From positions 25,146,085 through 25,210,084 of the forward strand of contig NC_068992.1 of the NCBI RefSeq assembly GCF_001194135.2: a stretch of DNA of 64,000 bases, read 5' to 3'. The DNA comes from Octopus bimaculoides. Lineage: Eukaryota. Shown in pieces: positions 13,067-25,756 of this stretch (its first letter is position 1; each line of letters starts with the position of its first letter). A program made the translations under genes and the position numbers. Below the pieces are notes generated by a model. That model was not told where the DNA came from. It did not search any database and saw only the letters and a program-made list of their open reading frames with translations.

Positions 13067-13368
13067 CACTAGTCTTATTTTTATCACATGCTCTCACTTC
13101 ACTACCGAGCGCAGCTCTGTGTGCCTTGGGTATGTGCTGTGGTTTGTTGTGATGCTCTTATTTTCACTGCATTGAACGTGCTTTACATAATATGTGCACA
13201 GTGCTTAGTAGTGTTATTTTCTGTATTTTATATATATACATTTGTGTGTTCTGGTGTCTTGGTTATGTATTTGTATGAATGATTTTTAATCGTACCCGAC
13301 GCCTCTATTATCATAAAGATTGTTTCTGTTTTTAGGCTCCATATTCGGCTTACCTCTATTTCCAGATC

Positions 13369-13371
<3 letters not shown>
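13067..13371 (-). mobile_element. 5'-truncated RLE non-LTR retrotransposon 3' end (R4/Dong-NeSL-like), embedded in (AAT)n
   Basis: Minus-strand KDLEIEVSRIWSLKTETIFMIIEASGTIK...KIQKITLLSTVHIL matches the RLE C-terminus pattern K.LE.E..R.W.......P.I.GALG; 3' UTR recurs at 40801-40898. Confidence 0.8.
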
Positions 13372-13415
<44 letters not shown>

Positions 13416-13418
13416 TAC

Positions 13419-13479
<61 letters not shown>

Positions 13480-13520
13480 GTGATTGTTGCTGTTGTTGTT
13501 GTTGTTGTTGTTGCTGTTGT
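13372..13520. repeat. (TTA)n then (TTG)n microsatellite
   Basis: Direct reading. Confidence 0.95.
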
Positions 13521-13724
13521 ATGAAAACACAGCTTATATTGCTGGGTATGATAGAAAATGTCATCTGCTCACAGCCAGCAGACTAAGGTTGCACTTGTTT
13601 TATTGGTTATGCTTCACAAACCCTGCGAAGAATTCTTGCAGTTCCAAGCAATGCTAATTTTTGTAGGTGTTCTACCTTCACACTTGCACCAATCTTTTTC
13701 AGCCGTATTGGTCGTTGAGTGCTA

Positions 13725-13789
<65 letters not shown>

Positions 13790-13790
<1 letters not shown>

Positions 13791-14250
13791 ATGAAGTGAG
13801 AGAGCAGTGCACGCCATCAAAGTGTCACTGGAGTACAAATATACGTAGCCCAATATACCCATCATGTCATTCTCTCTGATAAGGGTACACCAGGCACATG
13901 CATCAAAAACATGTGTGCACGACATGGTGATCATATATCAAGATAAACAGCGCATGACCTCGCAGGTGGGGCCCAGTTAGAATTTTCCTCAGTTCGATTA
14001 GCCCATCCCACTCAAGAAATCCCTGAATAAGGTTTGTTTAAGGATGATGAACGAAACACCCATATTTCCAGAGGTGAATTATCCAAACCCCAAAGAATTC
14101 CTCTAAATATATGGCTATGATGCTCCTCCACTACCTCTACTGGTGATCAGAGATGCACATATAGTCAACCACAAAGGGACATGCTCAACTGGATAAGGTC
14201 AAACAGCTGACAAGTAAATCTGTGGTATTGAGCGGAATATTCGCTGTAGC
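13790..14250 (-). mobile_element. Non-coding dispersed repeat family F (partial)
   Basis: Long co-linear match to 45320-45780 (catcaaagtg...gataaacagcgcatgacctcgcaggtggggcccagtt...ccaaaccccaaagaattcct...gatcagagatgcacat); abuts (TTA)n 13727-13789. Confidence 0.85.
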
Positions 14251-14369
14251 CCATTATTATTATCATTGTTGTTGTTGTCATTTGCATATATTCAATCATT
14301 GAAAAAAAGTAGGAGAATTCTACCGTTTATGAAATATATAGAAAAGAGTCGATTGAACTACAAGAATAA

Positions 14370-15730
14370 TTATCATTTTGACTCAGGGTTGATTTTATTC
14401 CTGGCAAGATTCATGCGAGCGGGTTACTCCCTTGTAATCTTAGCTATCTACGTGATTTCAATAAAAGTTAAGTTCTCAAAACTCTTTATCCATTTGTTTT
14501 ATTTTATCACTTACAGTCCTTAACGCACCAATTATCGCGGATGAAATCTTTACAGATTTCATATTCCAAATCCTCGCAATCTCAAATTTTAAGGGTCTGT
14601 TGTTTTTCAACTTTTCATCAGCTTTCTTCACAATCCTAGTATCAAATGGACATAATAGATCAATCAGTAAGCAAATTTGATCTTCTTTGTCTATTGCAGC
14701 AATATCTAACTTGTTATGTTTCATCTTTCTTACACGTTTGAACTAGAAAATCCCACAAACGTTTGTTTGTTTCCTACTCAGGCACTGTTCCTACATGACT
14801 TACCATGTACTGCCTGCTTCAGATTCCCATTTCCAACAAAATTTCCAGTGTAAAACTTTCCCGACTATCATGCCACTACACTATTTATTACATTCTCCCT
14901 GGCCCAACGTGGAGTATTCTGCAGCAATGTGTGCCATTCTTTCTTCTCAAATTCCTCATACTCTACATTTTGCCAGCACCGTTTCCTCCCACACATACTT
15001 TCTCGAGTAGTTTGATTTTTGGAATGCTTGACCAGGAGCTGCCATAAGAAATGTGTGTTTCGTTTTACAAGTGTCCATTTTCCAACCAAGGCCAGCAGTT
15101 TGTTTCGCTTATAAACATCAGTGGCTTTCCAAAACTATCCATGTAAAGGTTTCTCTTCAATCTACTCAACAAATTTTCCTTTGAATTTCATTTGCGTCCC
15201 TTTCACCTTTACCAGTTGTGATCACCTTGTTTTATTCAATACACTTGATAAGTTTTCTGTGCTTTTCTGCACACTTTCTTCTTTAACAATCAAACCTCAG
15301 CCAGTCTCTCTTCAACTACAATCTGCTGATATCAAATTTCGTATGATGGGCTCCATAAATAGCCAACAATTTTCTAGTTTTTCTATCAAGTTCTGTATTT
15401 CGTCTTTGTTTCCATTTCACAGTTCCAGCTCTATATCTTATAATCGGCACTACTCTTGAAATTATAGCTTAAATACCATTTCTTAAATTCAACCTTGACG
15501 GTAATATTTTCTCAACTCTCCCTGCAGTAATCCCTACTTGTAATTTGCTTCATCTCTTTATGTTTTATTTCATTCATTCGCCTGCAGTTTTCCCACATTC
15601 TTATGCCACAGTCATTTCTTTACTAATTTTACTGTTTGTCTATTTGGCATATCAATTCTCTGACTTCCTCCAAGTCTTTCCTGTTTCATTATCAAAATAC
15701 ATCAGAGAAACCGGATTCGATAACAGTTGG
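14370..15730 (-). mobile_element. Decayed R4/Dong-NeSL-type non-LTR retrotransposon: RT C-terminus, RHD region, RLE endonuclease
   Basis: Minus-strand remnants VVPIIRYRAG..KW...ELDRKTRKLLAIYGAHH; HI.AE...(R)HDIVGKVLHWK; and HNKLDIAAIDKEDQICLLIDLLCPFD...DEKLKNNRPLKFEIARIWNMKSVKISSAIIGAL; many stops and frameshifts. Confidence 0.9.
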
Positions 15731-16306
15731 TGAGCATAATCGTCGACATCAAATGATGCTTCGCCCAGAAACCCACACAATTAGATTTAAAATAAAGAAA
15801 TAGTGATTAAAAACTGAACAAGAGGGAGTCTTAACAAGAAACTCTCATAAAAAAAATCATCGCAACCAGCGTACATGCAGAAACATTGCTAAGGACCTTT
15901 TCTTCAATGCAAAGTAAGAAGGCTATTTAATGACTGATGTAACTGTAAGGCACAAAGAAGCGAACACCGTCAGATGGTCCCGATCAGAAAACAAAGCTGC
16001 AGTTCTGGATATTTTTGGTAGACCATACGAGAGCGTAGTACTGGATTCTGAGCAGATATAATCAGCATTCCGGAGGCATTTTCCTCGTTTATTCGGGACG
16101 AGTGGCGGAAAAATTTGTAAGCTGGACTCCAGTGCCTAATTCTTTCGGTGGTCTGTTGTGACTTTAGTAGAAAAGCAAAGAATGACTCAAAAACAGCAAT
16201 CGAGTACCCCAGTCCAAAACTACCTCTATAAAGAAGAGCTTTATAAAATTAATAATGGATTGGTGGGCTAATTTTTGTTGGTGTAGAATTATCACCAGGC
16301 CTGAGG

Positions 16307-16357
16307 CGTTTTGGCACAGTCGTTTTGGCACAGTCGTTTTGGCACAGTCGTTTTGGC
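16307..16357. repeat. 14-bp tandem repeat CGTTTTGGCACAGT x3.6
   Basis: Direct reading. Confidence 0.95.
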
Positions 16358-16783
16358 TCCGCCTATTCGTCGTCTCTGATTTGACGCTGACGCATTTGAT
16401 CTCTGACGTTTTAATGTTCCACGTGTTTTAATGCTTCTATCGTAGTCATTCTCTTCCATTGCTCATTATGTTCACGAGCATATTTAACTGTATATCCATG
16501 AGAAGAAGGAAAGTGTAATGTCTCTCACCAGGGTAGAAGAATATTAGAATGTCTCTCTCCACCTCTCACGCTCTCACTCTTTGTATCTGTATGCATTTAT
16601 TTCTACCCACGCTCATATGTTTGCCTCTAGTTCTAAAATATGCTGTCCCCAAAATGTCCAGTCATCTGTATATATTGTCAGCGGCCAGTCATCTCATTCC
16701 GCATCATCAGTTTGCTCGGATTCCAGGTATTACTCAAACTACACAAACCTTCCAATTCTATATTTAAGACATGAGGAATTATG

Positions 16784-17065
16784 TACATTATTTACATTTG
16801 ACGGATATTTGTCCTCATATGGCGTAGTGGTTAAGAGCGCGGGCTACTAACCCCAAGATTCCGAGTTCGATTCCAGGCAGTGACCTGAATAATAATAGTA
16901 ATAATAATAATAATAACAACCGCAACATCGAAAAATACCTTAGGAATGAGAACCTAGGTTCAAAATTTCCTCAAGAAACCTGATGAAAGTTAGAGGATAT
17001 ATCAGCTGAAACAAACAAGATGAGGACAAATATCCGTCAAATGTAAATAATGTAAATAATGTACA
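16784..17065 (+). mobile_element. Chimeric element: tRNA-like head + (AAT)n + hammerhead-bearing Penelope-like end, bounded by 35-bp inverted repeat
   Basis: Perfect IR 16784-16818 / 17020-17054; tRNA-like 16820-16886; CTGATGA 16980-16986 ... GAAAC 17008-17012; 16925-17060 homologous to the reverse complement of 51865-52018. Confidence 0.8.
16820..16886 (+). pseudogene. tRNA-like Pol III head (loop CTACTAA, ACT anticodon-like); not a functional tRNA
   Basis: TGGCGTAGTGG box A, GAGTTCGATTCC box B; anticodon stem only 3 bp, no proper acceptor stem. Confidence 0.7.
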
Positions 17066-17124
17066 CAAACCTTGCAGAATGCTCGGAACTGCCACGGTTC
17101 ACTGAAGTTACCTCATTAAGTGGA

Positions 17125-17330
17125 GATATTGGTTTCACATTTTGGCACAAGACTAGTAATTTCGAAGAGGAGTAAGTCGGTTACATCGACCAAAGTACTC
17201 AACTAGTACTTATTTTATCGACTCCGAATAGTAAAGTCGAACACTGCGGAATTTGAACCCGGTACGGAAAGACGGACGAAATACTGCAAAACATTTTGCC
17301 CGGCGTGCTAACGATTCAGCTTGCCGCCTA
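17125..17330 (-). mobile_element. SINE family A
   Basis: tagtacttattttatcgactccgaa...ggaatttgaac...tttgcccggcgtgctaacgattc. Confidence 0.85.
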
Positions 17331-18066
17331 TATGTGAGTAGCGATATTAGCGATAATAAAAATCACTGCATTTGTCCTCTTTTTTTCTTTACCTTTGCCC
17401 CTAATAATCTCTGTACCAGAGCACACAAAGCGTAAACTCAGCTATAGCTCTTATTACCACCGTTCCTTTCATTGGTTTTTCTCTATGCACACAAATCTAA
17501 CTCATTCTATAGAATAACGTGTGAGATATATTTTCCAAAAAGACAATCTCTTACTCTTTATCTTATCTCCACCCGCTTCAGCATTTCAAATGTGTTGGGA
17601 CTACCAAAACCAAATCAATTTTTGTTTTCATTTTGAGACTAGTATTCGCATTCTCTATTGTCACCAGCCAGCATAAATTTCGTAGAACCCCCAGAGAATC
17701 GCTCTTGTAAACCATAACAGTAGTTTCACAACATTGAAATATTCAACAGAACCAATATTTGAACCACAAACAAACACATGCTAAGCGAAGAAATATCAAT
17801 CTTAGCTCCCCGACTGATTCTTCCAACAAGAAGCTGGAAGAGGTGAAGGATGGAAAGGGAAATAATTTTGCCAACAAGAGAAAAATAAATAAGAATACAT
17901 AAGCAATGGCGGCTAAACAACATCTGTTTCCAGTTGGGTGTACCGTCGTCTGCCTGTTGACTTTGCTGCCAAAAAAGAGGAGGAGAAAACCTTACAGACA
18001 TTTGGCAAATGAAACGAACTGTTATTTGGAATGACATTTTAAGCTGTCTGTTGATGGTTATCTATA

Positions 18067-18116
<50 letters not shown>

Positions 18117-18890
18117 CCTTTCTATCTATCTGTTTGTCTGTCTGTCCATCCATCTATTTGCACGTCTTCCTCTGTCTCTATTTATTTCTCTGTTTATGTA
18201 TGCATCCGTATATATCTTGTTTTTATTTCTCTTTACTATCACTCTTTCTGTCTATCTTTCATTTTTATTATCTTTCCATCTATCCATCCGTCTATATTTA
18301 CTTTCTGCCTGCCTGTTAGTCTGTTTGTCTGCCTCTCTTCCTCTTACACTTTTTCTTTCCTGTCAGACTGTTTTCTTTCTGTTTCATACATATTTTCCGA
18401 ATAATAAATTAAAAAGAAATGTAATCCTTTCTCATCCTTCACACATTACCAGTATTTCTTTTTGTTTCTATAATTTTATTCGATTTCATTATGGCAGTGA
18501 GTTTCTTTTCCTACATTTATAATTCATTGTCTTTCTAGTTACAAGCTTCTCCTATTTGAAACCAATTGTATATACTTTTATTTTTCCTACGTCTGTAATA
18601 ATAATTCATTCAAACTTCCTTCCTTTTTCCACATCTCATGACACTGTTTCTCTCAAATGCCTCCTTTCATGCTGTTCCCACTTGTATCGTCTGTCATTCA
18701 TCCATCCATCCAACCAGAGCCTTCTTCTTCGTGTATTTATTTGCAAAATGATTGCACCACAATCGTACAATTTTATAACACATTTGTAGCAAACAATGTG
18801 AATGTCTTGCCAACTCTTGGATGGTTCCCAACATTTTATTTTATATTAACGTACTGCAATGGAACCTATATGCACACATATATAACCGCG

Positions 18891-18940
<50 letters not shown>

Positions 18941-20453
18941 CGTGCGTGTGTGTGTTTAGGCAGCACACGTTTACACACAACGATACGATTGCACAAAAAC
19001 ATTAGCTATGACTTTGTCTCTGACAAGGATTCTGTGCTCAAGTCTTCGATACCTTCTCTACTTGCGCGTTAAGTTAGAATATATGTGGTTGATTATCCTG
19101 CAACGGAGTACTTTTTACGTGATCATCAGGCAGAATCAGCGTGATATTATTGTAAGAAAGACGAATTTTACTTGCAAGCTTTACACCAATGCAAGGCTAC
19201 GGTAAAACGTTTACCCAAAATGCCATGCAGTTGTTTATATCTCGGAAGGCCCCGTTTATGAATCAAATGTCCTAACTATTCAGGTCACATTGTGATTTCA
19301 ATTCCGTAGAAGATAACCCAATATAATTGGATTTATACTGGATTATTTTCTACAGATTTGAAATCTCGGTTGCCGAACCACTTTTCTACCTTTAAATACT
19401 GTCAGAAGGACTTAGTAAGCTAATTTGACACCTTAAATACTCTAACAAACCTTTTTTGTAGATTGAGAAATTTTATCTAGATCATTCCCCTATGACAAAG
19501 GGAAATCTTTCTGACCTCTCTGTACGGATGAGCAACTTTATATCCTCTTTCTTAAATATAAACTAGGGAACACTTTTATTGAGCGAGTTTACGGGTGTCC
19601 ACATTAGAAAAGAACACTCTTTTGCTTTCTTTAAAAATAATATCTACTCTTTACCTAATAATATCTGCAAATTATCTTTATTCTTTATTATTACTTCCCA
19701 TAACGCTTATTCCTCCCTTAATATTTTCTTCCCATCTAAAATCTATTCACTTTTGCCTGTTCCTCTCTCTCTCTTTCTCTCGTTTAAATTCGTTTTCTCT
19801 TTCCCCTTTCCCCCTTTCATCCATACGTTTTCTTCTCCAACATGCGGAACGTGGGACGTTTTTTGAGAGTCGGATAAATGGCAATGTGTTGTTAGTTCTG
19901 CGTTCATAAACAATTTGGTTTATGCTTTAGAGGTCGATATATGAACTATGAATGCTATACTCCCGTCGAAGTAATTCTGTGTATGTTTATTCATCATTTT
20001 TAGAAGGAAATTACTACCTTACACATACATTTTTGCAAGAAATACACTATACATCCTTTATATATATATATATATATATATATNNNNNNNNNNNNNNNNN
20101 NNNNNNNNNNNNNNNNNNNNNNNNNNNNNNNNNCATTGGCAAATATTCGCTCACAAGTACATCTATATATTACTATGTATTTAAGTTTATATATACTTAT
20201 GTATAACAGTAATGTTCATTGCTTCTAGTTTGAATCTTTTCACTAAATCAATATAATTCATCATATCTGGTAGATAATAAAAATAATAAAAAAATCCTAG
20301 AAAATAGGAAATTCACAATTACACATAGTCTCAAGAACAAATATAGGACACAAATTTACCTATTTTGTACAATATATATTTCAATTCCAGCAATAATTAC
20401 GAATATGATTACACATACAAATATGGATGTATATGCGTATGCGCTTGAGCGTG

Positions 20454-20454
<1 letters not shown>

Positions 20455-20501
<47 letters not shown>

Positions 20502-20991
20502 CAGTGTGTGCAGAAGAGCGGTACGAGGGCTGCTTCATAAAAATGTATATCTATGCATTATTATGAACAATCATAATATGCATATATATGTATGTATGTA
20601 TGCATGCATATGTATATATACCCACATACATACAAACATATGCATGCATATGTATATACACACATACATGCATGCGCACACACACGCATACACACATACA
20701 TACACTCGTATATATATATATATATACACACGAACGTGTATTCTGTTTTTTCTTACGCAGACAAACCACTGCAAGTAAATAAGTTTGCAAGTTTGCAAAC
20801 ACACACACACACACAGACACCATCACAAACATTTATATGTATATATAAACATGTATACATATATCCAAATGTGTAGATATATGATTAATATTATAACATA
20901 TATATGCACACTTAAAAATGTATACACACAGATACATGTGTGCATTTATACATACGCACATACATGCAGGCATACAAAAATACAAGCAAAG

Positions 20992-21045
<54 letters not shown>

Positions 21046-21226
21046 ATGTATATGTATATGTATGTATGTATGCATGTATGTATGTATGTATGTATACATG
21101 CGTACATTCAGAAACACACATGTGTGTACGTCCTTTCTGCACGGAAATCCGCTTTTCTGCATACATATTCTTAAGTATTTATCTACGCCTGTATACATAC
21201 AACACACGCGCGCGCGCACACACACG

Positions 21227-21288
<62 letters not shown>

Positions 21289-21320
21289 CACACACACACA
21301 CACAACACATATGCCTCTGT
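20455..21320. repeat. Compound (TG)/(TA)/(TATG)/(CA) microsatellite mosaic
   Basis: Direct reading; source of many spurious C/V/Y/I/H/T ORFs. Confidence 0.95.
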
Positions 21321-22534
21321 ATCTATTTGTCTATCAATCAATCTATCTATCTATTTATCTATCTATTTGTGTCTGTCTACCTAACTATTTGTCTCTCTTT
21401 CTCTTTCTCTCTCTCCATACGTACACATATGTATGGACGTATATAACGTAATATGTTGTGCATATGTGTGTGTGTCTGCGCCTGAGATTACCTATTTTGT
21501 CCATATTTGCGTATATATAATAATGTGTATTAGAAGGGTTTGTTGATGCATGTAGGCTTATTGACCTAGAACTTTATCAGTAATCAACAGAAGAGTAATT
21601 TTACTAATTGAATTTTATCAGATGCCTTTGCTTCCAACATTAACATAAATTTTTGTTGTATCTCGGTCACTAATTCCAAATGTCTCATTATCGTTCAGAC
21701 ATATATAAGACGTCATTCTGATATTATATGCCTCTGGCCTTCTTCCCAGCTATCAAATTTTCCATCTGTCTCTTCCTCTTTTTCCATATAAATCTCGTTC
21801 TATCTGTCTTTATACGCACACACATTTAAATCTGTATGTGTGCGTGTGCGTGTGTGTATTGTATATATGTATATGTACATACATATGTGAATACATAATA
21901 TATATCTTCAAACGTATATACACATTTTCCCTCTGTGTCCTCTGTCTCACTCTCTCTGTATATTATATATTTTCCCAGCTGAGTAATTTTCTATATGTCT
22001 GTCTAATTCTCTATACACGCGCGTGCGTGTATATATGTGCGTGTGCGTATTGCAGACATGTATATAAATATTGTTGTATATATTTCTACATATAATAACA
22101 ATGATTCTCAATTAGGGTCCATACGAACCTTGAAGGGCCAAATTAAGATTTTGTGGTTGAAATGTATGTGCAATAAATTGCTTATATTTCTAAAATACGC
22201 GATTTAGTTTAAAATTTTTTTAACACAATTCCTTATAACACTTCTTAATAAAAATGCTGTTATTCAGCCAGTTTTAGCGACTGTATATTTTAGAACTGGA
22301 GGCAAACATACGCACGTGGGTGGAAGGAAATAAATGCATCCAAATACAAATCATTGAATGATAATGAGGGATCACTTGAATAAAGTAGGAATTAAAGAGG
22401 TCTACGAGAAAGAAATGGTTGAGAACCACTTTATTAGAATATAGGTTATTCGTCTGAATCGGTCATTTCAAGTTCCTTACAAGGTTTCGTTTAGCCCGAA
22501 ATAGTGTACTGAATATTTCGTTTAGCTATGTATC

Positions 22535-23186
22535 GATTTCACACATTGGTACCATGCCAGCAAGTTCGGGAGAGAGTGTATGTCGATTACATTGGTCCCT
22601 AATACTCAACGGGTACTTATTTTATCGACCCCTGAAAGGGTGAAAGCAGAGTCGACCTCGGCTGAGTTTGAACTCAGAACATGTAGACGGATGGAATGGC
22701 GCTACGTATCTTGCATTTTATCCACTGTGCTATCGATTCTTTTCCCACTCTAGGCACAAGGCCCGAAATTTTTGGAGAGAGGGCCAGCCGATTAGATCGA
22801 TCCTAGTGCGCAACTGGTACTTAATTTATTGAGACCGAAAGGATGAAAGGCAAAGTCGACCTCGGGGGAATTTGAACTCTGAAAGTAATGGCAGACAAAA
22901 TGCCGCTAAGCAATTCGCCCGGCGTGGTTAACGTTTCTGTCAGCTCACCGCCTTATTTTCTTTATTGCCCACAGGGGATCTGAACATAGAGAGGGCAAAC
23001 AAGGACAGACAAAGGGATTAAGTCGATTACGTCGGCCCCAGTGCATAACTGGTACTTATTTAATCGACCCCGAAAAGATGAAAGACAAAGTCGACCTCGG
23101 CGGAATTTGAACACTGGACGTTACGGCAGATGAAATACCACTAAGCATTTCACCGGGTCTGCTAACAATTCTGCCAGCTCATCTCC
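22535..23186 (-). mobile_element. Three head-to-tail SINE family A copies, each with a different tail
   Basis: Three ggtactta..tcgacccc..gtcgacctcgg..tttgaac cores at about 22610, 22815 and 23050. Confidence 0.9.
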
Positions 23187-23904
23187 TTTTTCATTCAGTT
23201 ACTTATTTGTAATAAGAATTGCCAACGTACATGAAATTCACAAACTTCGATAGCAATAATGGCCGTTTAGAAACGGCCATTATCTTATAATTAAAATCGT
23301 ATATGCTTTAATAAGATCGGGTGGTATAAATTGCCAGTCGTATGACTTTAGTGGGCGTTTTACCAATTAATAATCACTAGTTAAATCTATTGTATTTATA
23401 TAGAAGTGTGTTATTAATGAAGACCTCATAATTGGTTTAAGCAACCCGCAGAAATTATATTGATGAAATATTTTCGAAAGAAGAGGAGACTGATAATTTA
23501 TGACTTACAAAAAACCAAAACATTGTAGAGAGTTTTAAATGAGAATGTATTTCACTGAGGGCAGAAAATTAAAACAAACAAGAATATTTAAATACCGGAA
23601 CTGTCTCATTATGACTCTAGTTATTTTTATCTAAATATATTTGACTAGATAAAGAAAGGGCGCACGGCAATGTCGTGCGAGAAAACAATTTACAATAAAG
23701 CTAATTACACTTAAATTAACTATTGTATTTAACATTCCTTTAAGCTATAATTAGAAGAAATCTAGTAATTACCGAATGATTTCGACAAAGCCATTACTAA
23801 AATAAAACTCAACCGACGTTGAAATACTTGGGAAAACAAATTAAGTAGGTATCTCTGAGATCTAACCAGGACAGATTTAAGGGGAGTGCACCGTTGCAGC
23901 GAGT

Positions 23905-24035
23905 TGCTGTATTCACCATTTGTTGGTCTATTCTTGTGTCCTCCCGAGTGGTTCTTTGAGTGCGATCTCAACTAGTCCCCATCTTCTCGAGATACCTCCT
24001 CATCTGGTTGCACAACTCGAGCAGTCAACCCAACC
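23905..24035 (-). mobile_element. Possible Tc1-like transposase N-terminal remnant
   Basis: Frameshifted VGLTARVVQ / MRRYLEKMGTS*DRTQRTTREDTRI loosely resembles the Tc1 HTH-GRPR region; weak. Confidence 0.3.
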
Positions 24036-24165
24036 AGATCCTCAGTGAAGAGAACACAGTAAACAGGCTCTCGTAGAAAACATTTGTGCAAAGTGCCACG
24101 CTGTGGAAGTGAACCCGGAATCATATGTATGTGTGAATATATGAATGTATGTATACATGTAAGCG

Positions 24166-24203
<38 letters not shown>

Positions 24204-25756
24204 TGTGTGGGGGGGGTGGTGTTCTGCATTAAACTAAGATGCGGTGACAAGTGGAAATTTTGTATATGACAATTATAAGTTTTAATCTTATAAGCGTTCA
24301 CTGTATATCGGCCATAACAAACAGTAAAAGTGGTTATTCGTACGCGTAATCACACCCATTTGTTCTGTGGAGGGCTTTTAAGCCCCGATATTATCCTATT
24401 TTCTATAGCCAATACGCATTCAACGGTTATACGCTTAAATCTTATTTTTCTTTACGAGTTTCCACCCGAGGTTTGTTCGCCTAAAACCTATTGAAGCCGA
24501 TGCATCAGCACGGCTGCTAACCAATGACCGAGATAAGTAAAAGACAAAGGATAATGAAAAGAATCAGACAGAAGGAGAATGTGAATATCTTAGCGATTCC
24601 CAAAATGCAAAATCGGAATATGTCAAAATTCGTAGTGATGCGAGTTCACTCCGATATGACAGTCAATAAATATCTTGTAGACCGTGATATGTACACCCGA
24701 CTGGACATCACGCTATGGGGAGTCTATGTGGAGCAGCTTAAATTAGACTAATAACGGAGGACTACACAATTAGTTTACGACTCCTTAGACATGATAAATT
24801 AAACCAATGAAACTAAGTAACCTATACTTTGCTTTAAAACACCACGTGGTAGATCTCATTGGAATCCCATCTTTGAGATTTATATATCCAATTAAATGCG
24901 ATACTGGATGAATTAATTAGAGGAAATTAGATAGAAATTAGAGAGATAAAAGGCGAAAGATAAAAGGCCAAGTTAAATTTATGGATTTATCCATAAGTAG
25001 TGATAGATTGATTTCACAATATCGATAATAATTTTAGAAGTATGTTTCTGAAATTTGACATAAATAATTATTATGCATCTATTATAGGAACTCATCTTGA
25101 TAAGGTTATTGACGTTGATAGAATTATAAGATGAAATGTTTTGAAATAGAAGGGATATGACACAGCCAAGAAATCAGTTATCAATTTCGACCAGTCGCTA
25201 CGGATTAAATACAAAATCCAGCATTTCTTTTGATGATTGCAGGGGAGCGAATGATTAGCCGGAAGTAATTGATTTTATTGAATTGTATGTAATTAAAAAC
25301 TCTAAGAACATTTCTTTAAGTTTAAAAGTGGGGATCGTATCGAAACGATGGATTAATAAGATTCACTAATTGCAATCCGCGTGTTAAAGAGAGAATTATG
25401 TTTCAATATACATTTAATAGTTAATATTAATATAGTTAGCTTTGTAGACATAACTCCGAATTTAAATAACAGACTCTGTGAACCACATTGAAAAATTAAT
25501 GTAAACGAACGAGTCATTTGATTATACTAATTAACATTTGTTTTTACTTTTAACTATATCTGTATTGACAACTAAAACTCTGGAGGAGTACAAACTTTTA
25601 GAATATATATTTTATGATTTTGCGTAGGCAAAATCGATACTAACGATGACTATCTCTGAGAGTTCGACATACTTATATTTCACCGTAAAACCTTTATGTT
25701 ACGAGAGTATAGAATTTAATATCAATTGAGATGTATATATATATATATATATATAT

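Noticed and set aside
15860-16200. Possible APE endonuclease remnant
   Set aside because: Similarity is too vague; no diagnostic motif was found.
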